DNA of 64,000 bases from the NCBI GenBank assembly GCA_009103225.1, contig RHPI01000638.1, positions 496,001 through 560,000 of the forward strand, read 5' to 3'. Shown piece after piece: positions 51,323 to 64,000 of this stretch. Numbering within the stretch: position 1 is the stretch's first letter; every line of letters begins with the position of its first letter. Under the pieces are notes generated by a model. The model was given only the letters and a program-made list of their open reading frames with translations, was not told the origin of the DNA and searched no databases. The stretch comes from Chlorokybus atmophyticus. Taxonomy: Eukaryota > Plantae > Mesostigma and Chlorokybus algae. The position numbers and the translations under genes were made by a program.

Positions 51323-53299
51323 TAGGGTGTGTTGCTCTAACTTCGGACGTTTGCGTAACTTCAGATACACTGAGTGCTGGCCGGTTGTAATGCGTACTGG
51401 CAGCCAAGACGGGCAAGTAATATCTTGTCTTGTAGCTATTGACGCGACACCACTAACTATAAAGTTTCAAATCAATTGCTAAAGTATCAACGCCGCAAAA
51501 GTAGTTAAGAGTGCAATTTCAACGTTACTTGCAAACTTGAAACCCCCAAGGATAGCGTCAAAAATGGCGGTTTGCGGTGATTTTTAGCTGTATGTGACCG
51601 CCTTGTTGTCTATAATCGGTCCTCAAAAGGGCTGGCTAAATGGTCATCCATTGCAAATGTTACGGCGAAAATAGGTTTATAACCCTGCTACCGCCTGTAA
51701 CAAGTCACGGTCAGTCTGCCCTTGTCCGAAGTTAGGCAAAGTTACTTTCTCAGGAGACTTCAGCACACCCTCACCTTTGAGAGGGTGTGGTGAACGCAAT
51801 TGTTAACCAATAATTGAGCAAAACAGTTTGTCGCAAAGCTCATAAAGTCGGCGTTCCAACGAGCCAACCCACTCTGAAAAACGGACCGGCAATGGGCCCG
51901 TGGCGACCTATCCTTAAATAAGTGTCCGAAGTATGGGCACTTTACCCTAACATATTGGTAAACAACATTACAGAAGTATTAGTCTCATGTATTGCAATAT
52001 ATTATGTGTATACTAGAAGCATGTGCCTTTGTGCGCGCATGCATGTGTGTATCATGTATTTCAATGTAGAAAGTGTATATCATATAAATGTGCGCGCGTG
52101 TGCATGTGTGCGTGTCATAGTGTTAAACCAAGCAATTTTTAGCGATACGATTGAAGTGCACACACATGTTAAAGTTTGCACACAAATACAAGAAGTCATG
52201 TGGGTGAAGAGACTTGCACACCATACTGCATGCATTACATCATCATTTTGGTTATATGCTACACAATAGCATATCATATTGAGCTTGAACATGCAAATAT
52301 ATGCCCATTAATGATATGGTGTACAAGTTGAGGTGCTATTTTCACTTATTGCCTATTATGCTTGCCAGTGCGGTTGCATGATTCGTGCGCGAGCACAAGT
52401 CCCTTGCTATAGCACAAAGCAAGAACTGCTTGCTACATATTGTGCTCATGAAGACCTTGGTGTGCAACTACCGCAGTAAACCGCTTACAATGCCCCCTCT
52501 ATCACAATAACCCCCCATTCATTTTTAGAGGGGGCACACTACTAGGCTGTACGTTGCCCCTTGCTCGTGTATAATGCCCCCTTGCTATGAGGTTACATAG
52601 AAAATGCAATAAGTTACACTTAAGTTACGCTTATACTATTTTTTTTTGTCCATTAGGTTACGTAAGATACAGTGAAATACGGTCAGTCACCGTAACTTTG
52701 ATCTAATTCAATGCCCCCTTTCGAGTGGAATGCTCCCTTTATTACAATTACCCCCCCACATACATTTTGGGGGGGCACTACATTGGAAGGGGGGCACTGT
52801 AAACGGGTACAAAAGGTATTCGTACTTGCAATGGTTACATTATAAATTAGCGAACATTGTGCATAGCTCAGCTTAAGGATACGATGTGCATGAGTACACC
52901 TCACAATCATTGCACATGCTTGTGCATTATGTTTCTTACACATCGTGACTTGCGACCATAAGTAATGCCCTGGCCTATAAGCGTGCTCATAATGTATTCA
53001 TAGCAATATGCACTTCAAAGGTCTTAGAGTTGGGGTTGCACTCTATGCTCACATAAAGAATGCTTCACGCCTGGTAACGTGGATGAGTCCTACACACAAA
53101 TGCACAAATCCATGCTATGGTTGGGCTATGTAATACATGATGCATGTTAGGAACTATGAAGGCCTTTTTATAAACCTAATACAAATCACACCATTTTGAA
53201 GTGGGAGCCACAAGCATTCAAGCGTAATAGCATGCAATTTTGCCGCTAATCGTTATTTGCCGCTTATGCACATATGTTAAGGTGCACGTTATATTTAGA

Positions 53300-55250
53300 A
53301 TAATACACATGCGGTTCGATGTGTGCATGACAATTGCACTGCTGGCTAGATGGTTTAATAAAATCCAGAGCAAGTGATGTAACGGAGACAGCGTGGACAT
53401 GCAAGTACTAAAGTTGCTCAACAGCCGTTTTTGGGGCATGTGACTTGAGTTGCCAAAGATAGCACAAAATGATAGTATGCTCGCGCTGACTTTTCCAACT
53501 AACGGAATGCACCGCGGCAAGTGAAGTTACGTGCATATCATGTGCATGCAGGCTGTAAAGGCACACAAGTGGACGACGTGGTTGCACGTATCATACAAAT
53601 GTCTCATATTTGTTGCTTACAACCTTTAAGATTACTTACCGCATTAAGTTCACAAATTGGCATGATAAAGACCCCGCTTGCCCCATTATCAAGTTTAAAA
53701 TATTATTGTTGAGCTTATCAGACACTCTACTCTAACCCTGTTGCAAGTTCTGTATATCGTCCACAGCGATGTGAGCAAGACATGCATCTATTGGTGAAAA
53801 GATTACCACGAACATAGTCCATGTACATTTGCTGCAGAAGTGTGAAGCCCGGTGCTGGATGGCCTGGGTGTGCCTGACATTGCTGCAAATGCACCAACTC
53901 CATAGAGGAGGAAGACATTATGATGAGCAAGGAGAACCAACCCTTTGCAGTTGCCATGATAAGCATTATCAACATTTACCATATCAATGTCACCATTATC
54001 AATAACATTATTGACATGTTAATATGAAGTCACCCACTTGCAATGCTGCTGCTGCTGATGGTGGCATACAACAAACATTAAACTTGATGTTATCCACCAG
54101 GAGGCTGGCCAACTGCATGGCAATAATAAAAACACAACATGCATAAATGCAGTGCTGTTTCGACCTACCATCAAAACGCCACATTGTATGTAATACAAGC
54201 TTAAAAGGCCGAGCTTGTAGCCAAAGAAGCTGCCATGAATATGCGCACATTAAAGGCATCCCCCAAAAAGCTGGAAGCCATAACGGAAAAGGTCCTAACG
54301 AGCTGCATAGCATTGTTATTATAACGGTGTATAATAAAAGGTTGCATTAATAGAAAAGCAAAATGTTAAGGCCGCGGAGTAAGCTGCCAAATAGGCCGCA
54401 TTGTTAGCACAGGTCAATGCTACAGAGCAAGCCCAACCCACATTAGCACACCCCTTGGCGCGAGGCCTTGCATTATTGCTTAAACACCGCAAGCACATCA
54501 TGTAGCCTACCTCGCCAACCCTTTGAGTGACCCTTTGCTGATGCCCAGCCAAACCTCATATAGCGCATCACCTGTCATTGTTTTGAATTTATGTGAAGAT
54601 GCCGCAGGCACACCACACTGCAAATGTAATAGCTATATCCGCAACTCCTACTCGCACCTTGTTTAATGTAACAACTGCACAAGTAAGGGTTTTCGATGAT
54701 CTTAATATAGAAGTAGACCCATATATAGCACCGCTACCCTTGCTAATATAACATGCTACCAATAATCTTGGTCGTTTGTACATTGTGCGCTGTTGCGTGT
54801 TACATGAATGCATGCACACATCAGCTTGCAGTTATGGGATGCCCAAATGGTATGCACGCATACAAATATTATCGCTACAACAGCTCTTAAGAATTGTACT
54901 TTGCCAGTAGGGCTGTTTACAGGGTGAACGACGCCAAGGGACATTACCACCTAGGCGCAAAGTTCTCCCAAAAATATTGTGTGCGCTGAGCATCAAGTTT
55001 ACAAACATTCATGTTTGCTCACCCCGAGTTGCAACTTGCAAGGTAATATAGCAATGCAAAATGCAATCACACTTGTATCGCAACATGGTGTAAGAGATGT
55101 GCTGCATGGTATTTTTGCACGTTCGCCGAAACGCTGCGCGTACGTGTTTGGGCTTGAACCAAATGGTACACCGTTGACAATCTTGCTTATGGCCAATCTT
55201 CTATTGGAGGTGAGATCCAATGTTCTTCATTCTTGTATATATGAACATGT
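53300..55250 (-). pseudogene. Possible highly decayed Penelope-like (PLE) RT remnant
   Basis: Scattered fragments in the expected order: KIIENPY, TFYYTP, LLVDNIKFN..VGD, GNC..LA..FLLY(E), (R)xVDDI. Many frameshifts; weak support. Confidence 0.3.
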
Positions 55251-55569
55251 AATTCAAGTATGCTGTACCAACAAATTTATGGTGTCCACTTATATTTCAA
55301 AAGTTTCACACTGTTCTATGCGGTCAGCAAGCAGAGATGGTAGCTCAATGGTAAGGGTTCTTATTGTGGTTTATAAACATCACCACCGCAATTGAGCGGC
55401 TGAGCGCGGTTATTCACCATTGCATGCGTTAGGAATATTTTTCCATTGCCGCAGTTGCAACCGCCGCCGAGAGGATTGTGAAGACATGCATACCCCTGCT
55501 TTGGGACCCAAAGCTGATCGCCGCGCGCCCGCCCTTCACTATAACTGCAACCTCACACACAACAAAACT

Positions 55570-56140
55570 TGCTCTGTACCTCACATTCATGCCTTAAGCA
55601 CGAGAGGGCACAAGCACTCATGAGATGGTAACTACAAGTTTGCAGCTTTTTAATATAGTCACTTGAAACCTAAGCATGGCGGGGCCATCTTTGATGTGAG
55701 TGGGCCGAGTGCGGTGATGAGGTGAGGGGGACAAGACACTTTACTATGCCTATTGTATAGATGCAACCAAATTATGATATTGATGTAGAGGAGGTGGAGA
55801 CTATGGCCGCGGCGGATAGGCTTGCTGTTAAGTGCTCGGTGTGCACTTAGAGGCAACCTTGTGAGGAGGAGGAGGGAAGGAAAAGAGAGCGGATTGAGGT
55901 GCGCGCCCCAAATAGTGGAAAACAGGAGGAGGTGAACAACGAGTGTAATGGCGGCGAGGAGGAGGAGAAGGAGGAGACGAATTTTCGCTTCAAGCACACG
56001 ACGCAAGCTTGTAATTCACAAAGCCGCTTTTCCACCCCACTAATGACGATGTCGGACGCCATGGTAAGGAGGTTGACAAATGATGACGGCGGAGACAAGC
56101 GCCTCCAACATGAGACGGCGCCTCGCGCATCGCTGCTTTG
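55570..56140 (+). mobile_element. Old DIRS left-end remnant (A-like repeat plus gag start)
   Basis: GAGGGCACAAGCACTCA..CTTGAAACCTAAGCATGGCGGGGCCATC..GAGTGCGGT followed by GAG-rich gag-like codons; collinear with 39650-40200. Confidence 0.7.
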
Positions 56141-56217
56141 TACGTCGCCTCATGCATGGGATTGCCATGTTAAAGGTTAGAAGTTGTTATTAATGGTACA
56201 TGTATTGGCGGCGCCTA

Positions 56218-57330
56218 CTATGTGTACATGTATAGACGCCGCCTATATGAATTTGGTACAATCAGCTTATTTGAAATATAGAGTTTACCCAACTCCACTG
56301 GAGTAGGTCCCGAACCAGCCCCCGCAGCTGTTGCAACTCCCAGAACAGCTCCAAATAGTGTATATGAGTAAAACAAACCTTCACGTGACTGAGTGAAGCG
56401 CCCACGATCAGTGTCATTGGCAGTACCCTTGAAATACAACACATTCGTAAGCTTGGCAATGCCAATGGCCTCTGCAAGAGACTTGACGTCACGAAGCTCA
56501 ACTTCATTGCGACAAAGAGTCTTCAACCTATGCGTGTAGTGATCCAGCTGCTTCTTTCCAATCATATTGGGTGTGGCGAGCACAAAGCGCTGAAACATAT
56601 ATATGTAGGCCATTAGGGACTGCATTAACACAAGTGTAGGGAGCTAATTGCGCGCCGTCATCATGCTTTGCATGAATACAAACTATTTCTTCACCTCGGC
56701 GAGCTTAGCCACGATGAGAGAGGGAACCTTAAGACCAGCTTCCACACGAGCACAATGATGACGCCACCACACAAGTGCAGCTCCCTTTAAGGAAATGGCA
56801 GCCACATCGGCATGAAGATGTATGAGTACCTTAATGAGCTTCAACCATCAGGAGACATACAACATTCACTCCTTCACGCGGTCACCATCCCTCTAGCCCT
56901 TGAATGGCTTTGGTTTTGGCACTTTCACATGACGAGAGGCTGCTGGGAGAGCCACAAACGCAACAATAGGCGTAGCCGCGCACTTGCGCCAAGACTTCCT
57001 AAAGTTGTGCCATTCGAGCTTGCTTAAATGCTTGAACACGTTGCGGCTGCTCATGAGCAGCAAACACTTGCTGAAGCTCCACAACACGTGCATCATCCAT
57101 GGTAGCATTTACACAAAAAAAAATAACCTCACACACCAAACACATAGATGAAATCCCCTATTGACAAGAAACCCAACCCTTCTAAGGGCTCCAACCATTG
57201 TAACACTGCTCGTGCTCACATGTGTTGAACACAGATCATGCAACATATGTGTGCAATTGAGTTTAGTTTTTATACGCTAACCTTGCCTTCTCGCGCGCAC
57301 GCATCCATGCGTCAAGCACGTACACGCACA
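56218..57330 (-). mobile_element. Old Gypsy gag, PBS and 5' LTR remnant related to the element at 14509-20534
   Basis: SRHVKVPKPKPFKG; FQRFVLATPNM..QLDHY..RNEVELRD; an eroded PBS and LTR edge CTCCAACCATTGTAACACTGCTCGTGC at about 57190-57216. Confidence 0.8.
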
Positions 57331-58261
57331 TGAATACAACTACTTCTCAAGTTAAACAAGAACGCAGCAGGTGCCTTGGACCACGCCTCTTTGAATCATA
57401 CACTAGTATACTCACAACAGAGAGCGATAAGATAAGGTTGGTATCACACAGGGGTTTTTCCGTTTATAAAGCAAAAGGAAATAGCAGCATAACTAACAGC
57501 AATTGACTCAACATCAAATTAAAAAAAGAAGTCCAAGTGCAGGCTGCTGCCACTCGCTTTGGGTCGGCGCACTGTGTAGTTTGCGTTACATCATGTGCCT
57601 CCCGTGTCGCACATTGGCATTTACTTGTGTAGTCTACATTACTTAGCACTGCATAGCGCGGGTCCAATTAGCAATGACGTCACTGCTGTTTGGCATTAGG
57701 TCACATCGCTGACAGGCAGCTGCTACTGGGTAGGTTACAGGAGCAGTCGCGCGCTGCAATTGAGCCGGCGCCATAAGGGCGTCATAAAGCTTCACAAAAA
57801 GCCTTCATTACACCAGCCATGACGGCAAAACAAGCGCTTTATGCACAACATACAAATAAATACAAGAATGCTCAAGGTTGCTACAAGTATGAGTTATTCA
57901 TGGTCTGCACGTTGATGTTGACACATTTGTGCATGGTGCGCTTCTCGCGTCCGCCCCATTTAAACATTGACGCACGGACTATCCCGCGTCCCTTCGTTCG
58001 TGATGACACATGGACATTGATCAATAACTACAAAGTAACCGTACATGTTAACAAAGTACGCCAAGTCCGTTCTCGAACTTATAGCAAGAGCAACATTTTT
58101 GCTAATGCAACCTACATGCTATCACGGGCGATAGCGGATGTGCTAAAGGTAAAGGTGCTATAAACCATGTAATTGTTTGCATTATTAATTGTTGTGTAGT
58201 GGTGGTTGTTGCTTTGTTACAAGTTGCACTGGCAGCGGCTTTCAATGCCTCAGCTACTGCC

Positions 58262-60584
58262 TGTTAGATGTTATAGCTTGTTGAAAGTACATGTATAGGC
58301 GGCGCCTACATGTAGTTGGTACGATCAGCTTAACCTTTATAGTTACGGGAGTTACGAGAGTTACGAGAGTTACGGGAGTTACGGCAGTTACGGCAGTTAT
58401 GGTCAACCATGGTCAACATTGACTTTGACCACTGACTAGTGTTGACTAGTGTTGACTTTGACTAGAGTTGACTAGAGTTGACTAGTGTTTAGTAGCATAG
58501 TATATAAGACACTGTATAATGCTTAATACAGTGGGACGCACATTATCTCTATAGTTGGCGTGCTTGCTGCACTTGTCCTTAGTGTGTGCACACTTGTATG
58601 TAAGAGGCAATTACACACACACTAGGCGCATCACTAGTTCTCAACAGGTTATGGGCCCACACTCGCTTGTGTGATCGCTTGTGCTAGTGAGAGAAAGTGT
58701 TGAGCATAGGCGCCTACTAATAGAGTGTTCTTGCGGAGAGGGTGAGTTGTACTATTGTGTAGCAAGCAATGGCTGACACAGATAGGATGCCCATTGAGTC
58801 CCTTGATCTGCACAACTATGCTTCATGGTCGCTGAAGATGAAGTTGGTGCTGATCCGCAAGAAGCTCTGGAGTTATGTCGATCCCACCTCCTCCACATCA
58901 TTGCGGCCAAGAACAGGTGACACTGGTACCTGGACAGAGAACTCACAATCAGCTTTTGCGCTGATAGGCTTGCACGTCAAAGACTTCCATCTCCCTCTTA
59001 TTGCGGATTGCAAGATTGGACGTGAGGCGTGGGAGGTCTTCGACACCCTTTTCAAGGCCAATAGCAACTCGCGCAAGTTGCAGCTGAGACGCAAGCTGAC
59101 ACTTCTGAAGATGGAGCACAAAGAGCCAATCCAGAAGTACATCTCGCGTGCAAGGGAGCTCTGGCAAGACTTTACAGCAGTGGGCCACGATGTGAAGGAA
59201 GAGGAGGTGATGTGGGCAGTCTTAGCTGGCTTAGGAAAGAGCTTTGCTACGCTAGTGACTGTGTTGGAGTCCTCAAATGTGGTTTTAAAGTTTGCTGATG
59301 TAGTGCCTAAGCTGCTAGCTGTGGAAGGCAAGTTGGATGTTCAGGAGATAGAGAATGGTGGAGAACCTATCGCACTTTCTGCCTCATCTTCTCAACACAC
59401 ACGAAGCAGGAGCAAAGCAGGTGGTGGGAAGCCATCACGTGACAAAGAGTGTCATTATTGCAAGATGAAGGGCCACTTCATTCGCGAGTGCCAGAAGAGG
59501 ATCCACGATGAGGCAACCAAGGAGGAGCACGCCACGATGGCGATTGCTTTCTAGCATTGGTGAGGACCTCAAGGAGTTGCAGTGGATGGTGTTCGTCCGT
59601 CCTCTCCCACTGCAAGGGCGCGTGAAGGACATGCGCAGACGGAGGTCGTAGACACAAAGGTCTGTAAGAGTTACTGCTAGCCTATGAGTAGTTGCTGGTG
59701 TTGAGCTGCATACACCAGAGGTTGCATTGCTGTGGAGTTGTTTTTTGGTAGCACACAGGTGCGGTACTAGTTAGAACACTTCACTTGATTGGCATGCAAG
59801 GACTGGGTTGTATAGCTAGCTAACAGGAGATGGGAGGGGTGCTTTCCTTGGTAGAAGGGTCTGATCAACCCTTGCACGGCCTACACTCTGGTACAGCATT
59901 GCTAAGGTAGAGAACTCAGTGTAGTTTATAGCATAGTTTGCCATTGAGGGAGTCCTCGAAACCACCTGAGCAAGGTCAGGCGTGGCGTGGTGGAACCTGA
60001 TGCGACAACTATGAGGAGGAAACAAGGAGTATTGGAACCTTGTAGTTTTGGTGGCAGCATGAGGAGAAGATGGTGTCATGGAGACAAGCATCAAGTCCGT
60101 GGGAGCAACAGATCCGTGGGAGTGTTCAATGGAGTAAGTTAATGTGGGTAAGCTTGCGAGAAGGACTTGAAGTTCAAGGTCAAGCTGCTCGCGTGGGAGT
60201 GTTAGATGTTATAGCTTGTTGAAAGTACATGTATAGGCGGCGCCTACATGTAGTTGGTACGATCAGCTTAACCTTTATAGTTACGGGAGTTACGAGAGTT
60301 ACGAGAGTTACGGGAGTTACGGCAGTTACGGCAGTTATGGTCAACCATGGTCAACATTGACTTTGACCACTGACTAGTGTTGACTAGTGTTGACTTTGAC
60401 TAGAGTTGACTAGAGTTGACTAGTGCTTAGTAGCATAGTATATAAGACACTGTATAATGCTTAATACAGTGGGTCGCACATTATCTCTATAGTTGGCGTG
60501 CTTGCTGCACTTGTCCTTAGTGTGTGCACACTTGTATGTAAGAGGCAATTACACACACACTAGGCGCATCACTAGTTCTCAACA
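58262..60584 (+). mobile_element. Young non-autonomous gag-only Copia derivative (TR-GAG-like, family L1), 2323 bp
   Basis: LTRs 58262-58646 and 60200-60584 (385 bp, 2 mismatches); TSD CTGCC at 58257-58261 and 60585-60589; PBS GGTTATGGGCCCAC at 58647-58660; PPT GCGTGGGAG at 60191-60199. Confidence 0.95.
58769..59554 (+). CDS. Intact Copia-type Gag (261 aa) with a CCHC zinc knuckle
   Basis: LDLHNYASWSLKMKLVLIRKKLWSYV; SRKLQLRRKLTLLKM; VLAGLGKSFATLVTVL; CHYCKMKGHFIREC; ATG to TAG uninterrupted. Confidence 0.92.
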   Translation: MADTDRMPIESLDLHNYASWSLKMKLVLIRKKLWSYVDPTSSTSLRPRTGDTGTWTENSQSAFALIGLHVKDFHLPLIADCKIGREAWEVFDTLFKANSNSRKLQLRRKLTLLKMEHKEPIQKYISRARELWQDFTAVGHDVKEEEVMWAVLAGLGKSFATLVTVLESSNVVLKFADVVPKLLAVEGKLDVQEIENGGEPIALSASSSQHTRSRSKAGGGKPSRDKECHYCKMKGHFIRECQKRIHDEATKEEHATMAIAF

Positions 60585-60892
60585 CTGCCACCTTACTATT
60601 GTATTAATCATTGGTGCTATTGCGTGGCTTATGCTTTGAGAGCAAGTATTACATGCGCAGAAGCATTCATCAACAGCAGCAGCTGCAACAACTACAGCAG
60701 CCTCCGACGTAGCCTACGACTTGTAGGTGGGCTTTTTGTTGCACTCCACACATGCGGTTGTCTGTATTGTGTGCATACGATTGCCATCTAGCTACGCATA
60801 GTGTTTTATAGGCTATAGATTGTTGAAGGGACACGTATAGGCGGCGCTTACGTGCAGTTGGTATGATCAGCAGAACCGTAATATATACATGA

Positions 60893-63494
60893 TGTTGAGT
60901 TTCAGATAAACTACTACGAATGCATGGAGCTGGTGCAAACACCGTTACACACACGCATGCTAAAGTATGAGCATAAGCACGCACAACAAGCTTCATTTAC
61001 CGAGTTTACGCGTTATAGTACCCCGACAGTCTCTGCACATGTTTACTCTAGCAAGCACCACATAAGTTATACTCAGCTTAACGCGGCGCTGTACTTTTTG
61101 CCATGTAGCTAGCTTCACACGTTTTTCAACAAGCTATGCCACGCGCCATAAGATTATCTACACGGAGTTCTTGCCATCCTTTTTGAGCTCTGGGCTGCAC
61201 CAGCCTGCGCCAAACTCAACCAAGACCGGAGTCTTTGGGCTTGCTCACACTCCGCGTTGCATGCTGTTAAGGTATTGGCCATTCGACTCACAACTCCTCG
61301 ATATCACTTTCTTTACCATACCCACTGGTACACACAGAACTTAGCCATTTTAAGCTGACCGAACTTGTCCATGATATGCACTCAATAGTGCAACCATGCA
61401 AGCCAACTTCTAACACTCCCACGTGGGCAGCTTGGAACGCTTCACTTCATATCTCCAAGTCTTCAGTCCAATAGTCATCATCTTCAACATGCTCCCCACT
61501 CCTCTCATAAGCGCCTCCTTAAAGCTCATCACTTGCAAACCTTTGTTGTAGCTCATATGGTTCTTCATATTATCAAATGCATTTACTCCCACATGCACAA
61601 CTCTTCTGGCAACGTCACGCACTCCTCTTTGCACATTAAAAGCTCCACCATTCTCCTCCTCCTTTTTCTTGCTGACGCCACAAGCTCTTTCAGCTCCCAC
61701 GGGCTCCGGAACCTTCTATCCCCCTGTCTTGTGACCTTCATCAGCAATTCTCACATGAGCAACCGTCTTCCCTTCCCAGCCGTCTTTAAAGCTCTAGCTT
61801 CAAGTTGAGCTTCGAGCACCATAGCAGTGGCCTTCTTCATCTTTTTCGCAACCGGTGCTAACTTGGACACCTCCACATCTCTAGTCTTTTTGTGTAGCTC
61901 CGCACCCTTGACCGCTTCCCTGATGTAATAAAGCCCTCCATCATTAATACCAACTAACCATGTGACACCATCCAGCACAACCTTGCCTACGTCCCCACAA
62001 CACACTGTCATGGCACCTACTCTAGCCGCAGTACGCACAAAATACAGGCTAGCTTCTAGGCCTAGGACATACAACACCTCTGCCGAAATTACTTGCCTCA
62101 CCGCTCTTCCAACCTTGCTTATAATCTTGGCCGTTCCCACACCAACCGCAAGCTCCACCGTGCTCCCAATCTTCACTGTCATAGGCTTTTCAGGACTTTG
62201 TACTCTGCCAACCTCCATTGCTCCCCAATCATATACCTCATGCAACTAGGGTCCACCACCCAACCAGCTGACTCACCATCCGTTGTTGCATGAAAGGCTA
62301 TTGGCTTCTCCTTCACATGTCCTACCATAGCTTGAGCCTTGTCACCATCATTTTCCCCTCCAGCTACTTCTTCAACCAGCAGTGCATCTTGATGTGGCCC
62401 TTGTTCCCCGCAATAGTAGCAGTCACCTTTGAACACTCTTCGTTTGCCACCACCGCCGCCACCACCAGCACCTTGCCCTTATCCTGAAGTCATTCAGAAT
62501 GCCATACCATCCGGGCATTCCTCATGCTTCTTTGCCAGCCTCGACTCCACTTGCAACAATTTTCAAACCACCTCGTCCACCGTGGGTTCCACCTCCAAGC
62601 CCTCAACCACCGTGATCACCATGTCATAGTTGTCAGGGCACAACCTGACAAGCCTTGCCACACCAACTCGAACTCTTTCACCTCATAATCTACTCCTTTA
62701 AGGTCTTTTTGCACCTCTTGTGCATGCGACACATACTTGGTGATAGGCTCGCCTGCTCCTTGCTTCTTTAGCCCAACAAGCTCCCTCTTGAGCTGCACCT
62801 TCGTTGCGCTATTATTCGCCTTGTGCGATGCTAGCTTCTTTCAAGCTTTTATAAGCGTGTTGCAGCCGTCCACCAACACAAAATCATAATCCTTCACGTT
62901 GAGGCCAATCAAAGCAAGCGCTCTCTCACTCTGCTGCTTGAACTTCGAGCTTTGCCTTATAAAAATGGGGTCAGCCTCTACCTAGTCCACCCACTCCCAC
63001 AAACTGTTGTATACCAGCAATATCTTCATGCGCACACATCATGTGTTGTGGTTATCCACGTCCAAAAGGCTCCACCGTCACCTTATCGTAGTTGTCATTT
63101 TTCAAGACTCAACCCAATCTCACAAGACTCGGCTAGAACTCCATGCCTAGCCTACTGCCGCATTCATATCTCTACACGCATGGTTGATCAGCGTAGTGTG
63201 GGTCCATAACCTGTAAAGATTTTGACACACTTCTACACATGCATGGAGCTGGTGCACACACTGATACACATATGCATGCTAAACCATAAGCATAAGCACG
63301 CACAAGAAGCTTTAATTACCATGAGTTCACAAGCTTTTGTACCCCGCCCGTCTTTACACACGTTTACTCTAGCAGGCACCACGTGAGCTATACTCAGCTA
63401 AACGCGGCGCTGTAAGTTTTGCCATATAGCCAGCTTCACGCGCTTTTCAATAAACCATGTCACGCGCCATAAGACCGACTACACATGTAGTTCT
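60893..63494 (-). mobile_element. Old internally deleted Copia element (family L3): 3' LTR 60893-61415, decayed gag-PR, PBS, 5' LTR from 63212
   Basis: PPT CGTGGGAG at 61416-61423; gag QLKRELVGLKK..EPITKYV; CYYCGEQG; WVVDP..RYM; PBS GGTTATGGACCCAC at 63198-63211. The LTRs are clearly related but diverged; no IN or RT. Confidence 0.8.
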
Positions 63495-63869
63495 TGTTAA
63501 GAACTAGTGTGCATGTATGCGCCGTAACTCATACAAGCGGTCTCATTAGAGGAACACCAAGTGTAACATACAAGCATATTAACACCAAAGAGAAATGTAT
63601 TGTGGTTTGACCTATATGCACCACATACAATGACTTCTGCACTAAGCTAGTTTACACTAGAAAGAACTAGTCAACTCTACTCAACACTAGTCAAAGGTCA
63701 AAGTCCACACTAGTCCACACTAGTCAACGGTCAAAGTCAAAGTTGATCATAACTATTATAGCTCCTATAACTTCCATAACTCCCATTAATTGTAACTCCC
63801 ATAGCGTAACCGCCGCACATGGTCTAATAACAAGCTGACGGTAATATAAGCGAACAATACCAGCAAACC
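63495..63869 (-). repeat. L2-family LTR inserted in the L3 5' LTR
   Basis: TGTTAAGAACTAGTGTGCATG.. collinear with 48731-49090; inserted after AGTTCT, which continues TGCCATCC in the other L3 LTR. Confidence 0.85.
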
Positions 63870-64000
63870 TGGTTAAATGTTATAGCTTGTTGCAAACCTA
63901 CATGTATAAGTGGCGCCTACATGTAGTTGGTACGATCAGCTTAACCTTTATGGTTACGGGAGTTGCGAGAGTTAGGAGAGTTACGGCAAATTTGGTCAAC
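63870..64000 (+). repeat. Start of an L1-family LTR running off the window
   Basis: GGTTAAATGTTATAGCTTGTTG..GGCGCCTACATGTAGTTGGTACGATCAGCTTAACC matches the LTR at 58262 onward. Confidence 0.88.

Noticed and set aside
51325-51790. Possible MITE bounded by AACTTCGGAC/GTCCGAAGTT and GGGTGTG/CACACCC inverted motifs
   Set aside because: The inverted matches are short and offset and no TSD was identified; a copy-number search is needed.
58341-58490. Short regularly spaced repeats that could suggest a CRISPR array
   Set aside because: The units are 9-10 bp in tandem with no unique spacers, lie inside LTRs, and no cas genes are present in this eukaryotic sequence.

Overview
Eukaryotic nuclear DNA from a green-lineage organism, probably an alga (inferred from the Lhca gene with short spliceosomal introns; the species cannot be assigned). 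The window is dominated by nested transposable elements. The only clearly intact host gene is an 8-exon photosystem I antenna gene (Lhca2/6-like, 25063-26468, +). Elements resolved to target-site duplications (TSDs): a Copia element (6609-11992, TSD GAGAC) with a solo LTR inside its RT (8350-8818); a chromovirus-type Gypsy element (14509-20534, TSD AGCAC); a 530-bp TRIM (37299-37828, TSD TCAGC); a very young gag-only Copia derivative (58262-60584, TSD CTGCC); and solo LTRs. Also present: a near full-length DIRS-group tyrosine-recombinase retrotransposon with split direct repeats (39562-45313), a decayed CRE-like non-LTR element (about 27941-30900), and several older remnants. Removing the Copia and Gypsy insertions in silico reveals an older structure: a decayed Plavaka-type transposase gene (-) lying tail-to-tail, about 230 bp apart, with a decayed Tudor-like plus compact bacterial/phage-type C5 cytosine methyltransferase unit (+). 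This is the most interesting signal in the window. All calls come from manual motif reading; no database search was run. The poly-C tract (29933-30322) and the N gap (50843-50900) are assembly-quality problems.
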